This document shows, piece after piece, positions 46,864 through 57,551 of a stretch of 64,000 nt of DNA (within the stretch, counting starts at the first letter, position 1; every line of letters starts with the position of its first letter). The DNA is taken from assembly GCA_001179505.1 (NCBI GenBank), contig CDMY01000759.1:1-64000 (forward strand), given 5' to 3'. The notes below the pieces were generated by a model that was not told the origin of the DNA, did no database searches, and saw nothing but the letters and a program-made list of their open reading frames with translations. Both the position numbers and the translations under genes were made by a program. Origin of the DNA: Vitrella brassicaformis CCMP3155. Lineage: Eukaryota > Protista > Chromerida.

Positions 46864-48512
46864 ATGGCGTCTCAGCATTTTGGCCCGTCCGATGGCTGCA
46901 GAAGAGCCTCCCGTGTACCATCCAAGAGAAGCGATGAAGCCCCATGTGTGCACGCCGCTTCCCAGCCTTCCCCCTCAGCTGCCCTCCTCCATCACAGCCG
47001 ACGACAGTCACGCGCCGACAGACGGCGATTCCGCAGCCCAGTCAACTTCACCCTGCCCGTCTTCTTCCTTGCCTTGCTGTCGGTCAACGCCAGCATTCCC
47101 TACACACAGAGCAACGGGACGCACGTATGCATGTGGGATCAGACGGTGCGGGCCGCATTCAACGCCGCGTTGGCGGAGCTCAAGCAGCACGCCACCAAGA
47201 GCCTGATGGACTACTGGAGAGAGGACGGCAACGCCCCGCACTATGAGTTCCCTCTTGATTGTGTGCCAGATCCATCGGCATTCCCCTACCCGTGCGTGTG
47301 CAAGACAAGAACTATACGGCGATGCGCTTAATGAAGGTATGGGTGCTTGTTGTTTGTGCAGGAGTCTGATCCCGGGCAGCAAGATAGCCCGGGCTGTGGA
47401 GAGGAGGAAGCTCCGCATGTGCGATGTGGCTCCCCCGCCGGGCATCACCCCGCCGCTGGAGGCGCAGGCGGCTGCCCTGGTGGGCCGTGCTCTGGTTGAG
47501 CTCATGAGCGAGCACTATCTCGGGGACCCACATGAGATGGAAATTGAGATCATCGCCTTCTCGGGAGGCAGCACGGGGACACTCAAGGTGAGTGCGATTG
47601 GTGCAGAGACATTGATGTCTATCCGCGAATCAAGAGCCCGGTATGTCATTGGCCCTTCTATTGGTGCAGTCGTTGTATGACGACGAGAGTGACTTTACTC
47701 TGCCCTGGTTTGCTCGTGGATCTCCCATGACCGTCAACGAAGAGACCATATCACGAACCATGGTAAACTCCAGCCCCGGAAGACCCCTCTTGTCTTTCAT
47801 GTGCTGTTGTACATTCAGGCGTTCGACACCAGCTGCAACGCGGCTACATGGCGCTACATCGTCTCGGTCTCGGCGCTCTCACGTAAGCCGAACAGGGGCC
47901 GGAGAGTCATGTCTCGTATTTCCGATTTCGTCATGATATTCTGATGTCTGCCCCAGCATGGCGAGACTTCAATGACTTGCTGGAGGCAAAGGGCGACCTC
48001 CGAATGGCCACGTCGGTGCTGGGTGAGAGATAGCAGACAAAGCGGGATGGATGGATGGATGGCTCTCTGATCTGCGTCCCTGTTTCTAAGGTCGAGCGGG
48101 TGTCATGGAGACGGCATTTCCCGACGCCCAGATCATCTTCGAACGCACGTTGGGGCTCGACGCCATCTTTGTCCAATGGCTGGCAGGCAACTTCACAGGC
48201 ATACTAGGTGAATGAGCATATTCTCCACTGTCGCCTAATGAATGAGCATATTCTCCACTTGTGTGGTGTACTGTGTTGCAGCTGACAAGTCGCAGCTGAA
48301 TGCGGGGACGGGGATTCCTCGGTGAGGGAAGGAGGGACATAAGAAGCACACACCAATGCCAGTGGGCTTTCTTATGTTCGTGCAGGGGCTTTTTGGATTT
48401 GTTGTTTGTTGAGGTGGAGACGGGTGTGGCCGAGCAGCTGTGTGCCTACTTCCCCCCGCCCGCCTGGCTGTGCTTCGACCAGTCGCTCAACACGACGGTG
48501 TTTGAACAGTAG
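46864..48512 (+). CDS. Secreted or anchored type-2 periplasmic-binding-fold protein (SBP family 3 / iGluR ligand-binding-domain-like)
   Basis: Hydrophobic FTLPVFFLALLSVNA, then spliced exons giving ALVELMSEHYLG...EIEII, TLKSLYDDESDFTL, AFDTSC, DLRMATS, METAFPDAQII, WLAGNFTGILAD, FLDLLFVEVETGVAEQLCAYF*. This follows the recalled SBP_bac_3 pattern. No channel TMs. Confidence 0.55.
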
Positions 48513-48740
48513 AGCCGAAGGGCAAGCGCTTGATCGATGGACAACACTGTTGTACACGTACCCACGGTTTATAAATGCATGAACGTGGAACGATGCACGA
48601 ATACGTGGATGGATCAGTCAATGAGACATGAACACATGGCCTACATCCATCATGGAGTGTGTGAATACGGCCTTGGACGCTCACAAAACACCAGCACAAT
48701 GCCTCACTTCACAGATGAAAGCCCCACAAACCAACACGTC

Positions 48741-51700
48741 TCATCTCTTGCGACTGACGCTCTTAAAGCCGCCCAGCTCGCCCAGCGACCTAATCGCCGT
48801 GGGGCTCATGTCCTCGTCATTCTCCGCCTCATCGATCTCGCCAGTGAGCAGCAGCCTCGGCGGGGCGGCATTTTCGGCCTGTGTCCACTCAGAGGGGACG
48901 GGCAGCATGCCAGTGAGGGCTGTCCGGCCGGGGCTGTATCGGCTTGTGTATAGCGCCACATGCACTGAGAGGGCACCCTGCACGTAAGATGGCTGCCGAT
49001 TTGCCGTCGGTGGAAGCAGCTTACGAACCAGCCCGTCAAGAGCACCTGTCGAGACATCACCAACAGGTTCCCGTGTCCACTGTGCGTATGTTCCCGTGTC
49101 CTTTGCCCGTCCGCCTACCATTGTCGTGCATTTGTCGGAGCTGCCGTGCCGTCTCGGGTGGGAATGTGTCGATGAGAGTCACAACGATGTCCGTCGCCTC
49201 AGCAATCGTCATGAACGACGGGCTCGCGTCGGTGGGCGGAGGCGGCAGCGGTAGCGTGATCATGTGATATGGCACGAGGGTGGCCTGGATGGAATGGGGC
49301 GGCGTCGATGACGAGGGAGCGATGGGTAGGTTGAGCGATCCCCGGAGCGCCTCGAGGCGTCTGACGAGGGCGTTGATGGAGTCCTGAAGGCTGAGCACCA
49401 GCTGGTAGTTGTGGCCGATCATCACAAGCGCCTCTGCTATGGTGAGGGTCGTCTGGCTGTCGACGTGATGCGTCCACTAATCAGCAAGAGCACAAAAGAC
49501 CCACATCGATTTCTCGGCAAAGACTGTGTGTCTTTTTTCTATTCTCACCTTGACGCAGCCATCGAGTATCTCCAGAGCCTGCTCAGCTGGTACAGCCACA
49601 GCCAGCCTCAGCTCACTTTTCTCGCCCTCTGGTTGTTGGTCCTGCTGCCCGGCCATGAGGTTCTTCTGCTGCCAGTATGACATACGCCTGGCGGCCTCGT
49701 AATCCTTGGCACGATCAGCCGTGCCCTTGGCATGCTTGCTGTGGCCTGGACTGACGCTGCTCGCGTGGGGACTCACCAACGGCTCCGGGCCTTTCTTCTG
49801 CAGCAAGGAGGGATGATCCGGGCAGGGGCGTGCGGCTATATGTGTGTTCTCGTCAATGCATACATACCTCTGCAATGTGGTAGAAATTGACTTCATCCGG
49901 AAGGTTGTCGTCATGGGTGAAGAGCATCTGCTCAATCCTGTAGTGCGGCAGGTGGTGTCGCCACACATTTCTGACAGATGCATACAAGCACACACATGTA
50001 TCTGCCCTTCTCCGTGTGTCTTGTGCGTGCGCGTGCACACCTGATGAATCGCTTTCCGGACATCCACACAGTGTCTTCGTTCGCCACGCCAGCGCGGATG
50101 CGCAGATATGCCTCGATAACAATGGCTGCAGCCACAGAGGGGTGCGTTCTTCATGTCTCGCTGGATGGCCGGGCGAGTGGGTGCTGTCTGTATCGCTCAC
50201 TCAATCACTCACCGAGCAATAGGTTGAGCATGATGAGTGCCACCAAGGTCCCGAACAGCCACATGAATATCATGGTGTTGGTCTTGGTCCCCTCATCGCC
50301 CAGCCAGCTCCAGTGGAACCAACCCATCACCAACTGACAACATGCACACACGAGGCAGACAGGCAGAGACACCATCTATGGCACCATGTCCGTCTCCTAA
50401 GTGCTGGTCTCACCAGCAGGCAGGACGAGAGACTGGCGTTGATGTCGCGGAAGTAGGAGATCTTGTAGCCGAAGAGCACCATGCCAGAAAAGCAAAATCT
50501 GCACAAACAGCACGAGAAGGCTCGGTTGAGCGCGTAGAGACAGCGTAGTCACGTACGCGAAGAAGATGCAGAAAAAGACGATGGCCGGGTGAAAGGCGTC
50601 CCTGATGGATGCAGCCAGAGTACGCGTCACCACCGACAACATCGGCTGCTTCCGAAAGGCGTTAAAGAACCTGACAAATGAAGAGAGAAAAGTATCGAGA
50701 CAAAGAGCCGCACCCGTCTCCATGAGTATGTGAGAAAGACTGACCGCATTCCCATCAAGACGGCAGCAACGGAGACCAGCGTGCGGTGCTCAGTCACATG
50801 GAGTATCAGGTCCTGCAGGCATCCGTATCAGTAATGCAGGCCAGCAACACCCAGGTGTCCGCCTATGTTACCTCTAGTGCGTCCATCGACACTTCGAGCT
50901 TGTCGTACATCTTTGGGGAGTTGGGCTCACTCTCGGCCAGCTTTGTGAAGTCGATGAGGTGCTTGATGGCACCGTGGTCTATCATCACCACCACTGCCCA
51001 GTCGTATATCGCATACGCACTGATGCCAACCACCAGCCAATCCAAAAAATTCCTGCAATGGACACACACCCAGTGTGCACATGTGTCTGCCAGTGAGGTC
51101 CTGGTGTCCTGCGCACCAGAAGTCTCCGGCGTATAGCTTGAAGCCGGTCCAGTAGCCGTAGCTCCACATGTTACTCGACAGCTCCATCCCCTTCGAGTAG
51201 GCGAAGAACAGGAAACACGCCGCGAACAGCGCATCCAGGAAATAGGCCCACTCGCGGCCACGATAAGGGTCAGACTGACGCACACAAGTCCACATATGAA
51301 GGGAACAAGACGGACTGTGGCGCCAGTGCTCTTGGCAGTTACCTGCACCGTGTCGAGCTTGAGAGTTGGCTTCACGCTGCCGCCGCGGAAGAAATCGAAG
51401 GTGACACTCAGCTTCGCAAAGAGACCCAGCTCACCTGCGCGATTGACACAATCGTGACTGCTGCGATTTGTCCCTTTCTTCTTTCTTGTTTACCGTTGTA
51501 CATGAAGACAGCAACGTCTACGCTTTTGGTTGAGAGGTCGACCCACCTGGCCTGCACCAGATAGTCGATGCGCCGCCTGAGCAGCGACACCGGCATGTAT
51601 GTCGGCATGAAGAACCTGTACTCGCCGTTGGTCCTGGCCTGCGCCCAGACGCACACGGATACGAACATGAAAAAAACGAATGCAGGTAAGCTGAAGCCGC

Positions 51701-53180
51701 CCATGTCTTTGAGTGCGTGCTGACTTTGAACCCCTCTCCCTCCTCGCCAACGCCGAATGGGCCCAACTCGCCCACTGGGCCAAACGAGATGGCCGTGGAG
51801 TTGTCGAAGTAGTACGCCTTGCTGGTCGTCATGGGGTCGTGGCAACAAGTCTTCGAATTGGAACAGCGGAAGATCCTGACAGTGAGCAGCAGAACCTGCG
51901 TCGCTCCGTCCTTGTGCTGGTGTCATTGATTTACTCACTCGTCGAGGTCTGGGTTGATGCACTGGTTGTCCTTGCTCCTTCTGAGAATGAGATTGACGCC
52001 GCCGACGATCTGGTTGTATCGCTCGTACCGCCCCCACTGTGACTGAGGCAGCTCGTTGCCAAAGGCATCTGTCTGGCGGAACAGCGTGTTGATCATTCCC
52101 ACCCTCAACCACTGCCAAAACTACACACACGTGAGAGACACACAGACAGACAGACAGACAGACACGTGGGCAAGTGTTGTCTCCATGTATGGTTGCTTAC
52201 TTCGTCTTCTGTGTGGATGTTCAAAAGCGTCTTTCCCTCGTCGAACTCCGACTCGCGAACACCACCCGCGATGCTGCAGCCAACCATCCATCCATTTAAA
52301 TCCAAGCAACAGGGCGCAAGTATGTATTGGGGATGGTTACGTCTGCTCGACTGAGAATATCTGTGATATGTTCTCATGGCCCCACACCACCAGCACGAAG
52401 GCGATGAAGAACAGCAACTGAGACACAGACCCACCCACACACAGACTCATCGACCGTTTGATCCTCTGTGTCTCGTGCTGTACCGCGAAGGGCAAAAATC
52501 GCACTGCTTGCTCCTCATTCTTGTGATGGTGGATGTATCATGGGAGACAGGCAATTAATCGCGCATACCAATCAGCCTATGTCACAATGGACTCCTACAC
52601 GTCCACAGCTCTTACCGCACGGATCTGGACGAACCTGCACGACGGACAACAGACCAACAAAATTGCTTACTCCTCCGTGTCTGCACATCGATCCGTGAGT
52701 CTGCTTCTGACTTGAAAAGGTCTTCCTTTGGCACCGTCCCCGTGTATGCGTCAAGGGGTGGCAGCTTCTGCCTGCCCCGACGCCCCACACTCGAACCAAC
52801 GCTCCCCCGCCGATGCTCGTGAGCACCCACAGGCTGACCAGTGACCTGCATGTGCAGAGATAAGGATGAACAGGCACGTGTGTGCAGACTGATGCACGAT
52901 GTCATAATGATTGCGCACCGGGTGTGAGACGACGGAACATGCATCACCGAGATCACTGAGCGGTGCGGTGCCAACGGTGCCCTTCTTCTGGGCGAAGGAC
53001 CTCGACAAGTTGTCCCTCGTCTTTCGGCACTCCACGTACTCGGCAAACTGCTCCTGCGTGAGCAAAGGGAGGAATGAAGTCAGTAGCGGAGGGCACGACC
53101 TGAGTCGGGGTACTTACCTCAGCCGAATGGAGCGAGCGGTGGTGGGGCACGATGAAGCTTGCTGCAGCGAACTCCGTCAT
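48741..53180 (-). CDS. Polycystin-2 (PKD2/TRPP)-like cation channel
   Basis: S1 LLFFIAFVLVVWGH; TOP domain FWQWL...YNQIVGGVNLILRR...C and LVQARWVDLSTKSVDVAVFMYNG; TMs including FWNFLDW, FFNAFRKQPMLSVVTRTL, pore FGYKISYFRDI, IMLNLL/AIVIEAY; C-terminal coiled coil. One 5' junction is problematic (see findings). Confidence 0.85.
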
Positions 53181-53317
53181 CCTGCGAGACTGCCAGTGGG
53201 GGCTGTGGGGGCTCGCAGCGTTTTGTCGCAGCGACGTGTCTGGAACAACAAAGAAGCGTCTCAGCGCCTCTACCGCTGGCAGGTTCCTTCCCCCACCCCT
53301 CTGGCCTTCCCCATCCG

Positions 53318-54476
53318 ATGGCTACTCCAGAGCCCCAGACAGCAAACGCTCCTCAGATTCCAGAAATCAGCAAAGAGCCAGCCGAACACCATGGCTCGTT
53401 CCTCTCCACGCCGTCCACAGCCCCTTCGTCCACCAAGCACCGTGGGTCCACGCCCATCAATAAGCTGGCTCAGCCCGCCGAGGCCTACAAGGCCATTGCG
53501 AGCGCCAAGACGATAGAGAACATCGGCACGATGGAGACCAAGGGAGGCAGGGTCAACATGGAACTGATGGACTTTGACCACATCGTTGTTGAGGAGGTGG
53601 ATCAGATGGGGACCCTCTGGCGAACCATTCTGTACGAGGAGTTTGGCATCCCCAAGGACGATGACCTCGACAAGGACTTCAGGACGCCAGACGTCTACTT
53701 CCACAAAAGTGTAAGCCTTACCCATCCCTTTGTGTCTGTCTATCTTGTCTTGTCTGTCTGTGGGTGTGCAGGCTCGTGGTGCTCTGATATGTGTGCGCGA
53801 CGTGGCGACCGACAGCATTGTGGGGACGAGCGGCATCAAGCATGGCGGCAACCCCAGCGACCCCAACGAGGCAGAGCTCACGCGGGTGTATCTGTACGAG
53901 GCCTACCGCGGCTCAGGTGTGGGCAAGAGGATGGTCATCCTCTGCCTCGACCACGCCTGGGCCCTGGGGTACCGCATCGTCACCCTCACCACATCGTCGT
54001 GCCACGTCCCGGCATTCAACCTCTACAGAAAACTGGGCTTCGAGCAGGTGACCTTCGAAGACAGAAAAGTCTTTCAATGGATCATACAATGTCTCCTTCG
54101 TCTGTGTACTTGATGGCCGATCAATCAGATGCCGCCTGACCGTCGTCGGCGAGGGTCTCAGTTCATGGCGCTGGACTTGCAGCAGTTCGAGGCGCACCAC
54201 CCCAATGAGGACAATGTGGAGGAGACAGGCACCAACGAAGAGTGGGTTGACACCGAGGCCGGCAAGACGTCATTCCTCGACCTCGCTGAAGTCATGGCCA
54301 AACTCAGGCTGCAGGAACAGGTCGGTAGAGCGTCAGAACATGGATGTACGTCAAGGACGACGTGGTAGATTCACGTGTCATTCATTTTTCAGGAAGAGAG
54401 AGGGAAAGAGGAAGCGGCAGAGGACAACGAGGAGAACGAGGAAGAGGACCTGGTGGGAGGGGAGGCTAGTGGATGA
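53318..54476 (+). CDS. GNAT-family N-acetyltransferase with an acidic C-terminal tail
   Basis: IVGTSGI, EAELTRVYLYEAYRGSGVGKRMV (motif A, R-x-x-G-x-G), ALGYRIVTL, AFNLYRKLGF. Four exons with GT-AG introns. Confidence 0.9.
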
Positions 54477-54845
54477 GCGGCCCATACTCGTGGGGCGAAG
54501 CTTGTTGCATCTATGGTTGCGTGTCCGTACCGTCCCCGACACAGATGTTGATTGCGACGACGTGAGCGAATCTATTTATAAGTAAAGTGTGACAGGGCGA
54601 CAAAGGGATGGGTGTGAGTCGGGGAAATGTGTGAATGGATGTATGAGAAAGAGGGAGGGAGAGAGGAGGCAGGGTGGTGAGGAAGAACACAGCCAATAGG
54701 GCCGCGAAGCGCTGACTGCTTCTGACACCGTAATTTCTATTGCTCATCGATGGATAAGGGACCGATGAAGAGCCAGTAAAAAGGACCACACGATTAGGAT
54801 TGTACTCAATTTTGCCCCATGAATGTCCCAATCGCACATACGCAT

Positions 54846-56640
54846 TCACACGCGAATCTTCACCAGCCCACCAAGTACTGCTTTTGCACACTCGTCTTGA
54901 CCACTTCCTTGTTGTGGGCAGCGGTTGGGCTGGTAAAGCCCTCGCAAAATCTGCGATAGGCCAGCACACGATTGGACAGCTCCAACGGACACCGCATAGA
55001 GGCGTTGGGTGGACTGCCAACCTACATGCATATACAAGAAAGAGACCCCATATCTCTATGTCTCTCTCACTGTGCTCACAACAAGTTGGGTGTTCTGCAG
55101 GGCCGATGGATCACGAGGCACCTCCTCTCCCTCCTGGTGCGCATGCGCATCGAAGAACACGTACATCTCCTCATCGCTCAGGTTGACGCCTGGAACAAAC
55201 AGAACACGCCACTCACCTTCTCAAGCCGTATTCCAATGGCCGTTTCTCCGCTCACCGAGGAGGCGGAAGGCGTCTTCGACAACTCGGTAATCGGCAACAC
55301 CAGTGCGCAGCAAATCCGCCTGCATGAATGGCATCAGGCACCTCACCTCACCGTGAGAGTGAGACACGATTTCTGTCTCGCTGAATGGGTTGAAATACCT
55401 TCTTGAACGCACCGAGGAGTATCTCAAACTCTGTGTGTGCATGGTGGCTCCGCTGGAAGAGCTGCAAAACAGCAGCAGAGCAGGACTATCAAGGCCAGCC
55501 TCTCATGCCGACATACATACCTTGATCCTGAGTTTCTTCTCGGCCTTGTCCAGGATGCCTTTCCGCCTCTAAATTCCATTCAGAAACATGAATCAATTCC
55601 TGATTGCCTGGCCATCTTCGCGTACCTGCCCTTCATTCATGGGAACCGGTATGTGCCAGCAGGCAGTGATGAGGTCCTCAAAAGCCTGGTCGTCACGGAA
55701 GGGGTAGCTGGCACTTATCTCCCTCCAGAAGAAACAGAATTCATCCCACTCTACGTCATGGATCTCTGGCCGCGCCTTGGGGCCGTCCCCCGGCTCATAC
55801 GGCTCGTCGCTCTTCCACTGTCCGAGCTTCGAGAATGCCATCTCAAACTCCTTCCTGCATGATCACGAGACAGACATGCACTCATGCAGCTGCTCATGTG
55901 GCCATGCAGAGCGTCTTACCTGACTTGGTCTGGATGTCGTCTCTGCGCAAAGACAAGGGGGTGGTTCGTGGGGTCGAGAGATAACAGGACGGCCGCGGGA
56001 GAGATCTTGCCCTTGCTGTCGACGTCCAAGAAGTGGAACAGACGCTCAACAGCCTCCTTCCGCCTGTCGGTGAAAAATTGACGCATGAGCTCATGCAAAA
56101 GCACCTGGGGCTTCCTGCAGTCAGTGCAAACAGCAAGGACACCACCAGCTGAACAAGAGACCTCCCTCATTTTAGGACGCTCTGTCTCCTACCCCCGACA
56201 CGCCTGATGGAGCCGCTGCAGGTGTTGCTGCGCGAGATGAATGCCTGCCTTGCCGAAGGCCATCTCAAAGTGCATGACGGTGAGCGGCGGCAGCGGGGCA
56301 TCCTTGTCGACTCCCTCTTCTTCAAGTCTGCGACGCAGCCCCTCGGAGATGGCGTCGAATATTTCCCGAAGTTGTCGAACTTTGTGGACTTGCTGCTTGG
56401 CGGCGAGCTGCACCTTGACCGCCTCGAATGCCTCTTGAGGCTCGACATTGCCTGAGGTCAGGCACGCCATCGTCGCCACTCGAAGTTTCTTCTTTGCCCC
56501 CAGAGCCCCCACCGTGGCCCGACCCGCCCGTAGTTGTCCATCTCCCGAGCCGCCCCGGGCAAATGCAACAGTTCTTCTCCTCCATTATAATGCTCATCGA
56601 GGGCTTGCTTGGACACCACGACTGCTGGCGCGGCTGGGAT
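54846..56640 (-). CDS. Calcyphosin-like EF-hand protein (5' end uncertain)
   Basis: RRKEAVERLFHFLDVDSKGKI...HPLV and VEWDEFCFFWREISASYPFRDDQAFEDLITACWHI match the recalled calcyphosin C-terminal module. Further GT-AG exons ILDKAEKKLRIK|LFQRSH...|ADLLRTG...|VNLSDEEMYVFFD...IRV*. Confidence 0.7.
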
Positions 56641-57551
56641 GTAAACACACACGTTTTGTCGCCAAGCCGCACAAAAAGCAGTGCAATGGATGGGTGGTGG
56701 TGGGTGGATAGCACACTCGGACTTTGATCAGCGGAGTTAGAGTCCTTTATCTCTGTTCGTTGTGCTGTACATGTGGTGCCGTGACACTCAACTCTCAAGG
56801 CACACATACAGGCATTCATGCTGTCGATGGCTATGATACGTCCTGTTGCTCTGAGTCTCATAAAAGCACTCGATTTAGCATTGAGTCCTGGGGCGCCTGC
56901 CTGCCTGCCTGTCTGCCTGTCTGTCGCCGCTTCATTCACTGCGCTTGCCGTGTCACACCCTCATCGCGCCTCGCAGGGCAACCAGCGTGCTAAGCAGAGA
57001 TCTGGCACACATTTCGATGCATTCATAAGATTCGCTGTACATTTCACGCGCTCGGTCGCATTGTTCGCAGGCAGGCTTCTGCAGAGCTACTGTATGCCAG
57101 TGAGTCATGCATCTGATCTACCTCAAGAACTGACGCCAGGACACGCTCCAAACACACACGAACTTAGTCATAGCATACCCCAAAAAATCTCTGTCACTTG
57201 CTTTCTCTCGCTATCCGCCCGTCGCCAAAAACTCAAGACGGCCAAAAAGACATTCATTGGACCTTCGCCAAGGCAACAGATGAATGGGGCATGCCTGTCC
57301 ATGCCTCTCCTCTCTCTCTCAGTCTGTCTCGGACGTTGAGAGACGTTGACTACATGAGCAGCGCTCTCTCACTCGGAAACGCCGCAAAATGCCTCTCTTG
57401 CTCACTCTCTGCCATGCAGTCAAGAAGCGATAACAGCACCCACCCCATCTCACATCAATCCACTGCTCATCCATCTGACTGTACACACATAACCGCAGCC
57501 ACCGGCCCAACTGCACTCCACTCCCATCCCCTCCCCTCTTCCTATTGAACA

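Noticed and set aside
48209-48259. Tandem 21-bp duplication TGAATGAGCATATTCTCCACT (period 30) resembling a repeat-spacer unit
   Set aside because: Only two copies, inside an intron; a local duplication, not CRISPR or another array.
54800-55862. Plus-strand ORFs 54800..55186, 54972..55406 and 55437..55862 as a separate gene
   Set aside because: They are antisense shadows of the minus-strand calcyphosin-like exons, which have proper splice sites and recognisable motifs.
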